A DNA stretch of 64,000 nt. Source: a virus. The DNA is taken from the IMG/VR virus record IMGVR_UViG_3300025137_000014, positions 64,001 to 128,000 of that record; one strand, 5' to 3'. The position numbers and the translations under genes are program-made. The notes beneath the pieces are model-generated. The model searched no databases. It was not told the DNA's origin and worked only from the letters and a program-made list of their open reading frames with translations. Below, piece by piece: positions 37,261 through 45,660 of this stretch. How positions within the stretch are numbered: the first letter of the stretch is position 1; every line of letters starts with the position of its first letter.

Positions 37261-38295
37261 ATGATATGGACAGAATGGGATAAACTAACAGAGATTATTG
37301 TTGGTTCCACTTATGACACAAAGTCTTTAGAACAGTTCGATGACACGCAGTTTGTTGATAGTATGTCAAAGATATTAGAAGAAACAGAACAAGATTTTCA
37401 GAAATTATCAGATACATTTAAATCATTTGGTGTCAAAGTTCACAGACCAAAAAATGTACCTCTAAAATCTGAAAATACAAGACTATGGAAATCAGAGTTT
37501 CCATATCCTGCTATATGTCCTCGTGACCATCATATAGTTTATGGAGATACTATTATTAATACTATAGGTGGCGATTGTAATAGATATACTGAAAGCGATT
37601 ACTTCTTAGATATAATGTTAGAAAAACACAAAGAAGGAAGAAACTATATTGCAATGCCTAGACCTCTGTTGCAATCTCAGTATCAACATTATGAGACAAT
37701 GGAACCTCAGATAATGTATCATGCCGCAAATATTATAAAATGCGGAGATACATTAATTCATTCAAGACCTTATAATGATTCTGAAGGTAGAGATTTTGGA
37801 GCAAGAGGAACAAGAACAGGATTAGAATGGGTAAAAAGAAATATAGGTTGTGAAACTAAATGGATAGAAGTTCCTGAGTGCGGACACGTTGATGGTATGT
37901 TAGCAATTATCAAACCAGGATTACTAATGACATGGAAAGAAAAATATATTCCCGAAGAACTAAAACATTGGGATAAGATTATTTTAACACCATGGGATTT
38001 GCCTGAGTGGTTTCACGAAATGAGAATACAACATTTCTATAAAGATAAAGTAGAAAATTGGCTATCTCATTGGATTGGTTATGTAGATGAAACAGTATTT
38101 GATTTAAATGTAGTTAGTATTGATGAAAATACATTGATTACAAATGGTCATGATACAAGAATTGAAAAAGAATTAAAGAAATATGGAGTTGAAATGATAC
38201 CGTTTGATTTCAGACATAAATATTTCTGGGACAGTGGATTACATTGCGTAACACTTGACTTAAGTAGAAATGGAGAAAGAGAAAGCTATGTATAA
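37261..38295 (+). CDS. Amidinotransferase (pentein family, glycine/inosamine amidinotransferase-like)
   Basis: WTEWD.L.EIIVG, CPRD, GHVDG, GLHC catalytic Asp/His/Cys motifs. Confidence 0.82.
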   Translation: MIWTEWDKLTEIIVGSTYDTKSLEQFDDTQFVDSMSKILEETEQDFQKLSDTFKSFGVKVHRPKNVPLKSENTRLWKSEFPYPAICPRDHHIVYGDTIINTIGGDCNRYTESDYFLDIMLEKHKEGRNYIAMPRPLLQSQYQHYETMEPQIMYHAANIIKCGDTLIHSRPYNDSEGRDFGARGTRTGLEWVKRNIGCETKWIEVPECGHVDGMLAIIKPGLLMTWKEKYIPEELKHWDKIILTPWDLPEWFHEMRIQHFYKDKVENWLSHWIGYVDETVFDLNVVSIDENTLITNGHDTRIEKELKKYGVEMIPFDFRHKYFWDSGLHCVTLDLSRNGERESYV

Positions 38296-39061
38296 TGTTG
38301 TAATGAGAACACCTGAGTGTTTAGTAATTGATGACTTCTTACCAGAAGAAGCACAAGATAAAATTTTAAATCAAGTACAAGTCGATGAGTGGGAACAAAC
38401 TCAAGGCGATGATAAGTTTTGGCATTATACAGATGGTGCAAATTATAAAAATCAAAAGCGTTGGCAAGGCAAGTATCCTTATGGTGATAATTGTGACGTT
38501 TGGTTTGAACATTTTAATAAGTTTTTAAACGAATATGAACATATCGGCGACTATGTTGAAGGTGGAAAGTTTGAAGATTATGCAATGCGTTGTCATGCAT
38601 ATCCCGTAAACTCAAAGAACCCATGGCATAGTGATTTAGGTTTCACAACATATACATATTATGTTCATAAAGATTGGCAAATAAATTGGGACTCTACATT
38701 ATTAATTGTTCCTATGGGAAGTGTACCAGAATACTCTCAGTGGATAGAATTAAAAGAAGGAACAAAACATTATGATAGTTATAAAGAATTACGAAGTCCA
38801 ATGGAAATGTTTCAACAAAAAGAAAAGTTTCAATCATTAATCGATAAAGGTGTGGGTACATTTGTAAGTCCTAAACCAAATAGATTAGTATTGATACAAA
38901 AGAATTCAGTACACGGTATTACACGTGTTGATCCAGATGCTGGTGATAATATAAGAGTTACACTCACAGGTGCAATCGGAGAAGAAGGTTGGCGTGATAG
39001 AGTTACAAGACTAGCAGATGCAGAAATTAAAGAAGACGGAAAAGTCGGAATAAAAAAGTAA
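38288..39061 (+). CDS. 2OG-Fe(II) oxygenase (prolyl-hydroxylase-like)
   Basis: WHSD, PKPNRLVL, HGITRV, R.T motifs. Confidence 0.75.
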   Translation: MYNVVMRTPECLVIDDFLPEEAQDKILNQVQVDEWEQTQGDDKFWHYTDGANYKNQKRWQGKYPYGDNCDVWFEHFNKFLNEYEHIGDYVEGGKFEDYAMRCHAYPVNSKNPWHSDLGFTTYTYYVHKDWQINWDSTLLIVPMGSVPEYSQWIELKEGTKHYDSYKELRSPMEMFQQKEKFQSLIDKGVGTFVSPKPNRLVLIQKNSVHGITRVDPDAGDNIRVTLTGAIGEEGWRDRVTRLADAEIKEDGKVGIKK

Positions 39062-40621
39062 ATGGCAGATTTAACTAAAAAAGCATATCAAAAAACGAAG
39101 TTTAGTAATGCACAACTATTAGAATTTAGTAAGTGTGCAAATGATCCTTTTTATTTTTTAAACACTTATTTCAAAATACAACACCCTACTAAGGGTAGTA
39201 TGACATATGATGCTTATCAGTTTCAAAAAGGATTACTAAATTCTTATCATAATTATAGATTCTCTATTTCTATGCTCGGTAGACAAATGGGTAAATCCAC
39301 TACTGCGGCAGGATATCTATTATGGTATGCGATGTTTATGCCAGACCAAACTATTCTAATTGCGGCACACAAATATTCAGGTGCTCAAGAAATTATGCAC
39401 AGAATTAGACATGCTTATGAATTATGTCCTGACCATATACGTGCTGGTGTTACAAGTTATAATAAAGGTAGTTTAGAATTTGATAACGGTTCACGTATTA
39501 TAGCACAAGCAACAACAGAAAATACAGGTCGTGGTCTTTCAATTTCTTTATTATACTGTGATGAGTTTGCATTCGTTAGACCTAATATTGCAAAAGAGTT
39601 TTGGACTTCAATATCTCCTACTCTAGCAACAGGTGGTAAAGCGATTATTACATCAACACCAAACTTAGATGATGACCAGTTCGCTCTCATATGGAGTGGT
39701 GCTAATAAAAATATAGATGAACACGGTAATGAAAAAGAAACAGGCATTAACGGCTTTAAACCATTTAAAGCTATTTGGAATGAACATCCTGATAGGGATG
39801 AAATTTGGTCTAAAGAAGAAAGAACACGTGTAGGTGAAGAAAGATTTTTACGTGAGCATGAATGTCAGTTTATTGCGTTTGATGAAACGTTAGTAGATAG
39901 TATAAAATTATCTCATTTAGAAGGTAAAGAACCTATTATGAAAACTGGGCAAGTAAGATGGTATGAAAAAATTAATAAAAATTCTACTTACGTTGTCGGT
40001 CTTGACCCTGCTATGGGTACGGGTGGAGACTATTCAGCGATTGAAGTTTGGTCATTGCCAGAACTAATACAAGTAGCAGAATGGCAGAGTAATCGTACAG
40101 ATATGAGAGGTCAAGTAAAAACAATGCATGATATTCTAACTATCTTAAATGATGAAATGAATGAATTAGGAAATAAAAGACCAGAAATATATTGGTCAGT
40201 AGAAAACAATTCATTAGGAGAAGCCGCTCTTATAGTCATTGAAGAAATGGATGAAGATAAATTTCCAGGTGAATTTTTACATGAACCAAAGAAAAAAGGA
40301 ATTCAAAAAGCAATAAGAAAAGGATTTACAACATCTTACAAAACTAAAATAACTGCATGTATGAAACTAAAGTCATGGATTGAGAGTGATAAAATGGTAC
40401 CACTAAGTAAGAATTTAATTAGAGAATGTAAGACATTTATTGCAAAAGGCAAGAGTTATGAAGCAAAATCAGGCGAAACAGATGATTTAGTAAGTGCTAC
40501 ATTGCTTTGTATCAGACAAATTCAAGTAATATCACGATTCGATGAAGAATTTATGGATACGTTAGGAGAATCTCTTGATAGTGAAGATGCTTTTAATGAC
40601 CCACTTCCTGTGCTATTTTGA
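39062..40621 (+). CDS. gp17: Terminase large subunit
   Basis: GRQMGKST Walker A, LYCDEFAF Walker B, ITSTPN, GLDPAMG, DDLVSA. Confidence 0.95.
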   Translation: MADLTKKAYQKTKFSNAQLLEFSKCANDPFYFLNTYFKIQHPTKGSMTYDAYQFQKGLLNSYHNYRFSISMLGRQMGKSTTAAGYLLWYAMFMPDQTILIAAHKYSGAQEIMHRIRHAYELCPDHIRAGVTSYNKGSLEFDNGSRIIAQATTENTGRGLSISLLYCDEFAFVRPNIAKEFWTSISPTLATGGKAIITSTPNLDDDQFALIWSGANKNIDEHGNEKETGINGFKPFKAIWNEHPDRDEIWSKEERTRVGEERFLREHECQFIAFDETLVDSIKLSHLEGKEPIMKTGQVRWYEKINKNSTYVVGLDPAMGTGGDYSAIEVWSLPELIQVAEWQSNRTDMRGQVKTMHDILTILNDEMNELGNKRPEIYWSVENNSLGEAALIVIEEMDEDKFPGEFLHEPKKKGIQKAIRKGFTTSYKTKITACMKLKSWIESDKMVPLSKNLIRECKTFIAKGKSYEAKSGETDDLVSATLLCIRQIQVISRFDEEFMDTLGESLDSEDAFNDPLPVLF

Positions 40622-40648
40622 TAAATACATCTATAAGGAATCAATAAT

Positions 40649-42091
40649 ATGGCTGTAAATTATTCAACTATCGCAGAAAAAATAATGAGAATTATTCAAG
40701 GGAATGGAATTCCTTTGAAGATGTTTAGTTCTGATAATGGTAAAAGTGTTGCTAATCCAGAAGAAGCAAGATTTTTTTATATTGATGAACCTAATATGAT
40801 GGTATCTATTGACGAAAGCACTAACGAAGTTAAACTTCATTTTGGTGAAGGCGTTGACATAGATAAACCACAGGCAGAAAAATTAATGAATAGTTTAAGA
40901 CAATTATCACGTGAATACATGTTAGATTTTGACATGCGTTCATTTGGAAAACATATTGAACCTAAGAACTATGCTTATAAATTAGATAAAGATAAGGAGC
41001 AGACTATGAGTGACGTAATGAAAGAAGGCTTAACGCCTTTAGAAGGATCATCACGTACCAGTCGCCAAACACTAGAAAATGTAAGACTAATCGTCAAACA
41101 CCGCAACGCAGTAAACGAAGAATCACGTGGTGCACGTTCTCGTAATATTTCAGCAATTTTTGTTGAAAATGCTGAAGGTGAACGTTTCAAGTATCCATTC
41201 AAACACTTGAACGGCGCAAGAGCAATGGCGAGACACGTTTCACATGGTGGTGTACCTAGCGACATGGTGGGTGAAGCTATTGTAGAACTTTCATCAAACT
41301 TGGCAAAATTAAAAGAGTTTATGAATGTTGTTAACAAGCAATCACTAATCAACGAAAACAATCGTTCAGTTGTACTGAATGTAAAACGTAGAATGGATTC
41401 AATTAAAGAATCTATCAAACGTGTTACAGGTGCAAAAGGATATACAAACTTTGTTGAGAAATTAGCAACAACAGAAGCAAAACAAAATGCTGAGATTACA
41501 GAAGATACAGTAAACAGCTATGTTTCAAAATTTACAAAATCAACTTTTGAAGAATCTTTAAGGGATGTTATTCCACTTATACATCGTGTAAACGAAGAAG
41601 AAGTAGAAGATAACCGTGCAGACCAAGTTGCACGTGTTAGAGAAATTATTGTGGCTAAGGACAAAAAGACTGGCGAAAAGAAAAACAAGATTACTTTTCC
41701 TAAAAAGCCAGGTGCAGAATACGACTATGACGCAATTAAGAAACAATATGCAGAACCTCGTACTCCACAAGAAGCAGAAGAACAAAAGAAACTTAAGTTA
41801 GCATTATCAATCGATGATTTAGGTGATAGAGTAGATGTTGATACTACAGATGACAATAAGCGTAAAAACAAAGGTCATGATAGAGCGGCTGAATTATCAA
41901 TGTTCTTAATGGACATGGGTAATGCGATTCGTTCAGGTAAAGGTCTTACAAAAGAGAAGATTCAGATTACTGGATATTTAAGAAAACTAGCACAACAGAA
42001 CGAAGCAGTAGAAACTGTGGGTACTCCTGTTAATGAACAGTTTGATACAATGCTTTCAGAAGCATTTTCTAAGTTCGACATTCCAGCATAA
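40649..42091 (+). CDS. Hypothetical late protein, 480 aa
   Basis: GATAAATA 40620-40627; terminator 42116-42142. Confidence 0.75.
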   Translation: MAVNYSTIAEKIMRIIQGNGIPLKMFSSDNGKSVANPEEARFFYIDEPNMMVSIDESTNEVKLHFGEGVDIDKPQAEKLMNSLRQLSREYMLDFDMRSFGKHIEPKNYAYKLDKDKEQTMSDVMKEGLTPLEGSSRTSRQTLENVRLIVKHRNAVNEESRGARSRNISAIFVENAEGERFKYPFKHLNGARAMARHVSHGGVPSDMVGEAIVELSSNLAKLKEFMNVVNKQSLINENNRSVVLNVKRRMDSIKESIKRVTGAKGYTNFVEKLATTEAKQNAEITEDTVNSYVSKFTKSTFEESLRDVIPLIHRVNEEEVEDNRADQVARVREIIVAKDKKTGEKKNKITFPKKPGAEYDYDAIKKQYAEPRTPQEAEEQKKLKLALSIDDLGDRVDVDTTDDNKRKNKGHDRAAELSMFLMDMGNAIRSGKGLTKEKIQITGYLRKLAQQNEAVETVGTPVNEQFDTMLSEAFSKFDIPA

Positions 42092-42115
42092 TATACCAAA
42101 AAAACCAATAAAATC

Positions 42116-42142
42116 AGGGATCCTGTAGGGTCCCTTTTTTTT
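42116..42142 (+). terminator. Intrinsic terminator
   Basis: AGGGATCC-tgta-GGGTCCCT then T-run. Confidence 0.8.
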
Positions 42143-42176
42143 GTGGAAAAAAATACAAAAAATACGTATTTAACAC

Positions 42177-42205
42177 TTGACTTTGATTCCAAAGATAAGT
42201 ATAAT
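42177..42205 (+). promoter_or_regulatory. Sigma70-type promoter for SSB-recombination operon
   Basis: TTGACT-N17-TATAAT. Confidence 0.8.
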
Positions 42206-42241
42206 AGTAAACATGTTTAAGAGTAAACTGTTTGCACTTAG

Positions 42242-42279
42242 GCTAATACAACAAACAAAAACTAATACAGGCTAATATA
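42242..42279 (+). repeat. Three RCTAATAYA boxes in SSB leader
   Basis: GCTAATACA 42242, ACTAATACA 42261, GCTAATATA 42271, last one abutting the SD. Confidence 0.8.
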
Positions 42280-42291
42280 GGAGAATATAAT

Positions 42292-43317
42292 ATGGCTACA
42301 CTAGCAGAAATCCGTGCAAAACTTCTTGCACAAGATTCAAAATCGGCAGATAATGCCAACGCAAATAGAGGCTCAGATGCCATCTATCCGTTCTGGAACA
42401 TGGACACTGATTCAACATCAGTAATTCGTTTTCTTCCAGACTCAGACAACTCAAATACTTTTTTCTGGCGTGAAAGACAAATCATCAAGATGCCTTTTCC
42501 AGGTGTCAAAGATGGTGATGAGTCAAAACCAGTGACAGTTCAAGTTCCATGTATCGAAATGTGGGGTGATACTTGTCCAGTACACGCAGAAATTCGTCCT
42601 TGGTTCAAAGATCCAGCAATGGAAGACATTGGACGTAAGTATTGGAAGAAACGTTCATACATCTTTCAAGGTTTCGTAGTAACGGATCCGATGAATGAAC
42701 AAGCTCCTGAGAATCCAATTCGTAGATTCGTAATTGGGCCACAAATCTTCAAACTATTGAAGTCGGCTCTTATGGATCCAGATATGGAAAATCTTCCAAC
42801 TGATTATGATGCAGGTACAGACTTCCGTCTTACTAAAACTCAAAAAGGTCAGTACGCAGACTATTCAACTTCTAATTGGGCACGTAAAGAACGTTCTCTA
42901 AATGAAGAAGAACGTCAGGCAGTAGAAACTCATGGTCTTTATAACCTAAATGATTTCATGCCAAAGCGTCCTAATGATGAAGAAGTTCGTATCATTATGG
43001 AAATGTTTGAAGCGTCAGTTGATGGGCATCTTTATGACCCAGAAAAATGGGGTTCTTACTACAAACCATATGGATTGGATGTTGGTAATACTAAGCCAGC
43101 AACATCGGCACCTACTGCACCAGCAGTTACACCGAACGTTGTTACTGAGGCTCCGGTAGCACAAAATTCAACTCCAGCTGAAACATCGGCTCCTGCTCCA
43201 AAGGCAGTAGCAACACCTCAACCAGCAATGGCAGAGGCGGGTGCACCAGCAAGTGGTGGTCAGGGAACTGATGCCGCTGATATCCTGAAAATGATTAGAA
43301 GTCGTAAGGCAGACTAA
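42292..43317 (+). CDS. gp32: Single-stranded DNA-binding protein
   Basis: VIRFLP, CPV...W, YWKKRSY, P.DY..G.DF.L, YADYS.S motifs. Confidence 0.85.
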   Translation: MATLAEIRAKLLAQDSKSADNANANRGSDAIYPFWNMDTDSTSVIRFLPDSDNSNTFFWRERQIIKMPFPGVKDGDESKPVTVQVPCIEMWGDTCPVHAEIRPWFKDPAMEDIGRKYWKKRSYIFQGFVVTDPMNEQAPENPIRRFVIGPQIFKLLKSALMDPDMENLPTDYDAGTDFRLTKTQKGQYADYSTSNWARKERSLNEEERQAVETHGLYNLNDFMPKRPNDEEVRIIMEMFEASVDGHLYDPEKWGSYYKPYGLDVGNTKPATSAPTAPAVTPNVVTEAPVAQNSTPAETSAPAPKAVATPQPAMAEAGAPASGGQGTDAADILKMIRSRKAD

Positions 43318-43327
43318 TTGTTAACTA

Positions 43328-43354
43328 AAACGAGGGAGGCTTCGGTCTCCCTCA
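43328..43354 (+). other. Stable c(UUCG)g hairpin between ssb and uvsX, no U-tract
   Basis: GAGGGAGGC-TTCG-GTCTCCCTC at 43334-43355. Confidence 0.6.
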
Positions 43355-43375
43355 TAATATCGAACGGAGAAGAAT

Positions 43376-44467
43376 ATGCCAAGAGCATTTGATGTAAGTA
43401 AATTTAGAAAAAGTATTACAAAAGCGGTACCAGGCGTAAGTGCTGGTTTTCGTGATCCTGATACTTGGATTTCAACAGGTAACTACTGTCTAAACAAGTT
43501 AATTAGTGGAGACTTTCATAAAGGTGTTCCATTAGGTAAAGTAACAGTATTTGCAGGCGAGAGTGGTGCAGGTAAATCCTACATTGCCGCAGGTAATATT
43601 GTTAAAAATGCACAAGACCAAGGTATCTTTGTAGTTCTTATTGATAGTGAAAATGCACTAGATGAGAAATGGCTACATGCATTAAAAGTAGATACAACAG
43701 AAGATAAACTATTAAAACTAAACGTAGCAATGATTGACGATGTTGCTAAAATCATTAATGACTTTATGAAAGATTATAAGGCAGAATATGCCGATAAAGA
43801 CGAAGTAGAGCGTCCTAAAGTTTTATTTGTCATTGATAGTTTAGGAATGATGTTAACACCAACAGATGTTGACCAGTTTCAAAAAGGTGATATGAAAGGT
43901 GATATGGGACGTAAACCTAAAGCACTTGCATCACTAGTACGTAACTCAGTTAATATGTTTGGTGACTACAATGTAGGACTAGTAGCAACTAATCATACAT
44001 ATGCATCACAAGATATGTTTGACCCTGATGATAAGATTTCAGGTGGTCAAGGTTTCATCTATGCTTCAAGTATTGTTGTAGCAATGAAGAAATTAAAACT
44101 AAAAGTTGATGAAGACGGTGTAAAAACATCTAAAGTACATGGCATTAGAGCGGCATGTAAAGTAATGAAAACTAGATACTCAAAACCATTTGAAGGAGTA
44201 CAAGTAGAAATTCCTTATAAAACAGGAATGAGTCCTTATAGTGGTCTAGTAGATTTCTTTGAAGCAAAAGGAATCTTAGTTAAGTCAGGCAATAAGTTGG
44301 CTTACACAACTAAGTCAGGTGATATTATGTCAGAATTCAGAAAGAATTGGACAGATGAAAAACTTGAAGTAGTAATGAACGAGTGGAATCATAGAGATTT
44401 TGATGATGAATCAGAAGAACTTGAAGTTCCAGAAGATAATAAAGTAGAAGTAACTGAGGAAGTATAA
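43376..44467 (+). CDS. uvsX: RecA-like recombinase
   Basis: GESGAGKS Walker A, IDSENALD, VIDSLG, TNH, SGG.GF.YASS. Confidence 0.93.
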   Translation: MPRAFDVSKFRKSITKAVPGVSAGFRDPDTWISTGNYCLNKLISGDFHKGVPLGKVTVFAGESGAGKSYIAAGNIVKNAQDQGIFVVLIDSENALDEKWLHALKVDTTEDKLLKLNVAMIDDVAKIINDFMKDYKAEYADKDEVERPKVLFVIDSLGMMLTPTDVDQFQKGDMKGDMGRKPKALASLVRNSVNMFGDYNVGLVATNHTYASQDMFDPDDKISGGQGFIYASSIVVAMKKLKLKVDEDGVKTSKVHGIRAACKVMKTRYSKPFEGVQVEIPYKTGMSPYSGLVDFFEAKGILVKSGNKLAYTTKSGDIMSEFRKNWTDEKLEVVMNEWNHRDFDDESEELEVPEDNKVEVTEEV

Positions 44468-44913
44468 TGAGTAAATATTTTTCGACTAAACGCTATGGGC
44501 ATAACATTGGACTAAGTGCAGTGTTTAGACAACCTTTAGCACACTCACATTGTAAATTACTGCACGGATATAGTTTAGCTTTTAAATTCACATTTGGTTG
44601 TGATGAATTAGATGAACGTAATTGGGTAGTTGATTTTGGTGGACTTAAACCTCTGAAAGCATGGCTTGAAGATACGTTTGACCACAAAGTTGTAATTGAT
44701 GTAAATGATTCTAAAAAAGATGATTTACTATTACTTGAGACTAAAGGTCTAGCAAGTGTTGTACAACTAGATGGTGTGGGGGTTGAAAAATTCTCAGAAC
44801 ACGCATGGCGTTTTGCTGATAAACTTGTCAGAGAAATGTCAGATAATAGGTGTTACTGTGTTAGTGCCGAATGTGCAGAGCATGGCGCTAACTCAGCCAT
44901 CTATGAGGTGTAG
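44467..44913 (+). CDS. queD: 6-carboxytetrahydropterin synthase
   Basis: HSHCKLLHGY, VVDFGGLK, FDH, V.V.E motifs. Confidence 0.85.
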   Translation: MSKYFSTKRYGHNIGLSAVFRQPLAHSHCKLLHGYSLAFKFTFGCDELDERNWVVDFGGLKPLKAWLEDTFDHKVVIDVNDSKKDDLLLLETKGLASVVQLDGVGVEKFSEHAWRFADKLVREMSDNRCYCVSAECAEHGANSAIYEV

Positions 44914-44919
44914 TGTGTA

Positions 44920-45144
44920 ATGGCGACAGTTGAGTTAGAAACAGTATTTGAGTTATGGGATAAGGTAAAAGGTTTTATTCCAGCAAAAGATAAATTAGAA
45001 GCGGCAGAAACATTTGTAAAAGTTTGTGATGATAGTGGTATCGAACAACATGAGATAGATGAATATGCCGAAAACGACAAGATACTTGAAACGGCAGTAG
45101 ATAGATATTTTGATGAGTTTGAGGAAGAAGAGGAAGACTGGTAA
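44920..45144 (+). CDS. Hypothetical acidic protein
   Basis: 74-aa ORF in operon. Confidence 0.65.
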   Translation: MATVELETVFELWDKVKGFIPAKDKLEAAETFVKVCDDSGIEQHEIDEYAENDKILETAVDRYFDEFEEEEEDW

Positions 45145-45614
45145 TGGAAAATTGGTATAATAAGGTAGTTAAGGATTGGGGTAAAATTCCTGATTGTGTT
45201 GACTATTTTACCAATGAAGTAGCAGAAGCAAGGAAAGAAGTTAGAATATATGGTAACGTAGAAAAGAATGCTACAAATTTACCATCATATGTAGAATTGC
45301 GTTTTGCTCAATTACAAGAATTAGAAGCTATCCTAGAACACTTAAATATACAACTTAGAAAGAAACGTAGTGAGTATTTAAGAAAATATTTAGAAAACTA
45401 TAACAAGGCACTTAGTTCACGTGATGCAGAAAAGTATGCAGACGGTGAGGCAGAGATTGTAGCTATAAGTGAATTAATCAATCAAGTAGCATACACTCGT
45501 AATCAGTATTTAGGTATAACGAAAGGTTTTGAAATAAAACACTTTCAATTAACAAATATAATTAAGTTACGAGTAGCAGGAATGGAAGACGCGGAAATAA
45601 ACAACAGACATTAA
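45144..45614 (+). CDS. uvsY: Recombination mediator
   Basis: Helical, L.S.D..KY.DG, GFE.K.FQ..NI.KL; near uvsX. Confidence 0.65.
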   Translation: MENWYNKVVKDWGKIPDCVDYFTNEVAEARKEVRIYGNVEKNATNLPSYVELRFAQLQELEAILEHLNIQLRKKRSEYLRKYLENYNKALSSRDAEKYADGEAEIVAISELINQVAYTRNQYLGITKGFEIKHFQLTNIIKLRVAGMEDAEINNRH

Positions 45615-45660
45615 TAAACATTGGGAATGAGTAAATACATTACCAGCAAGAGAGACAGAC

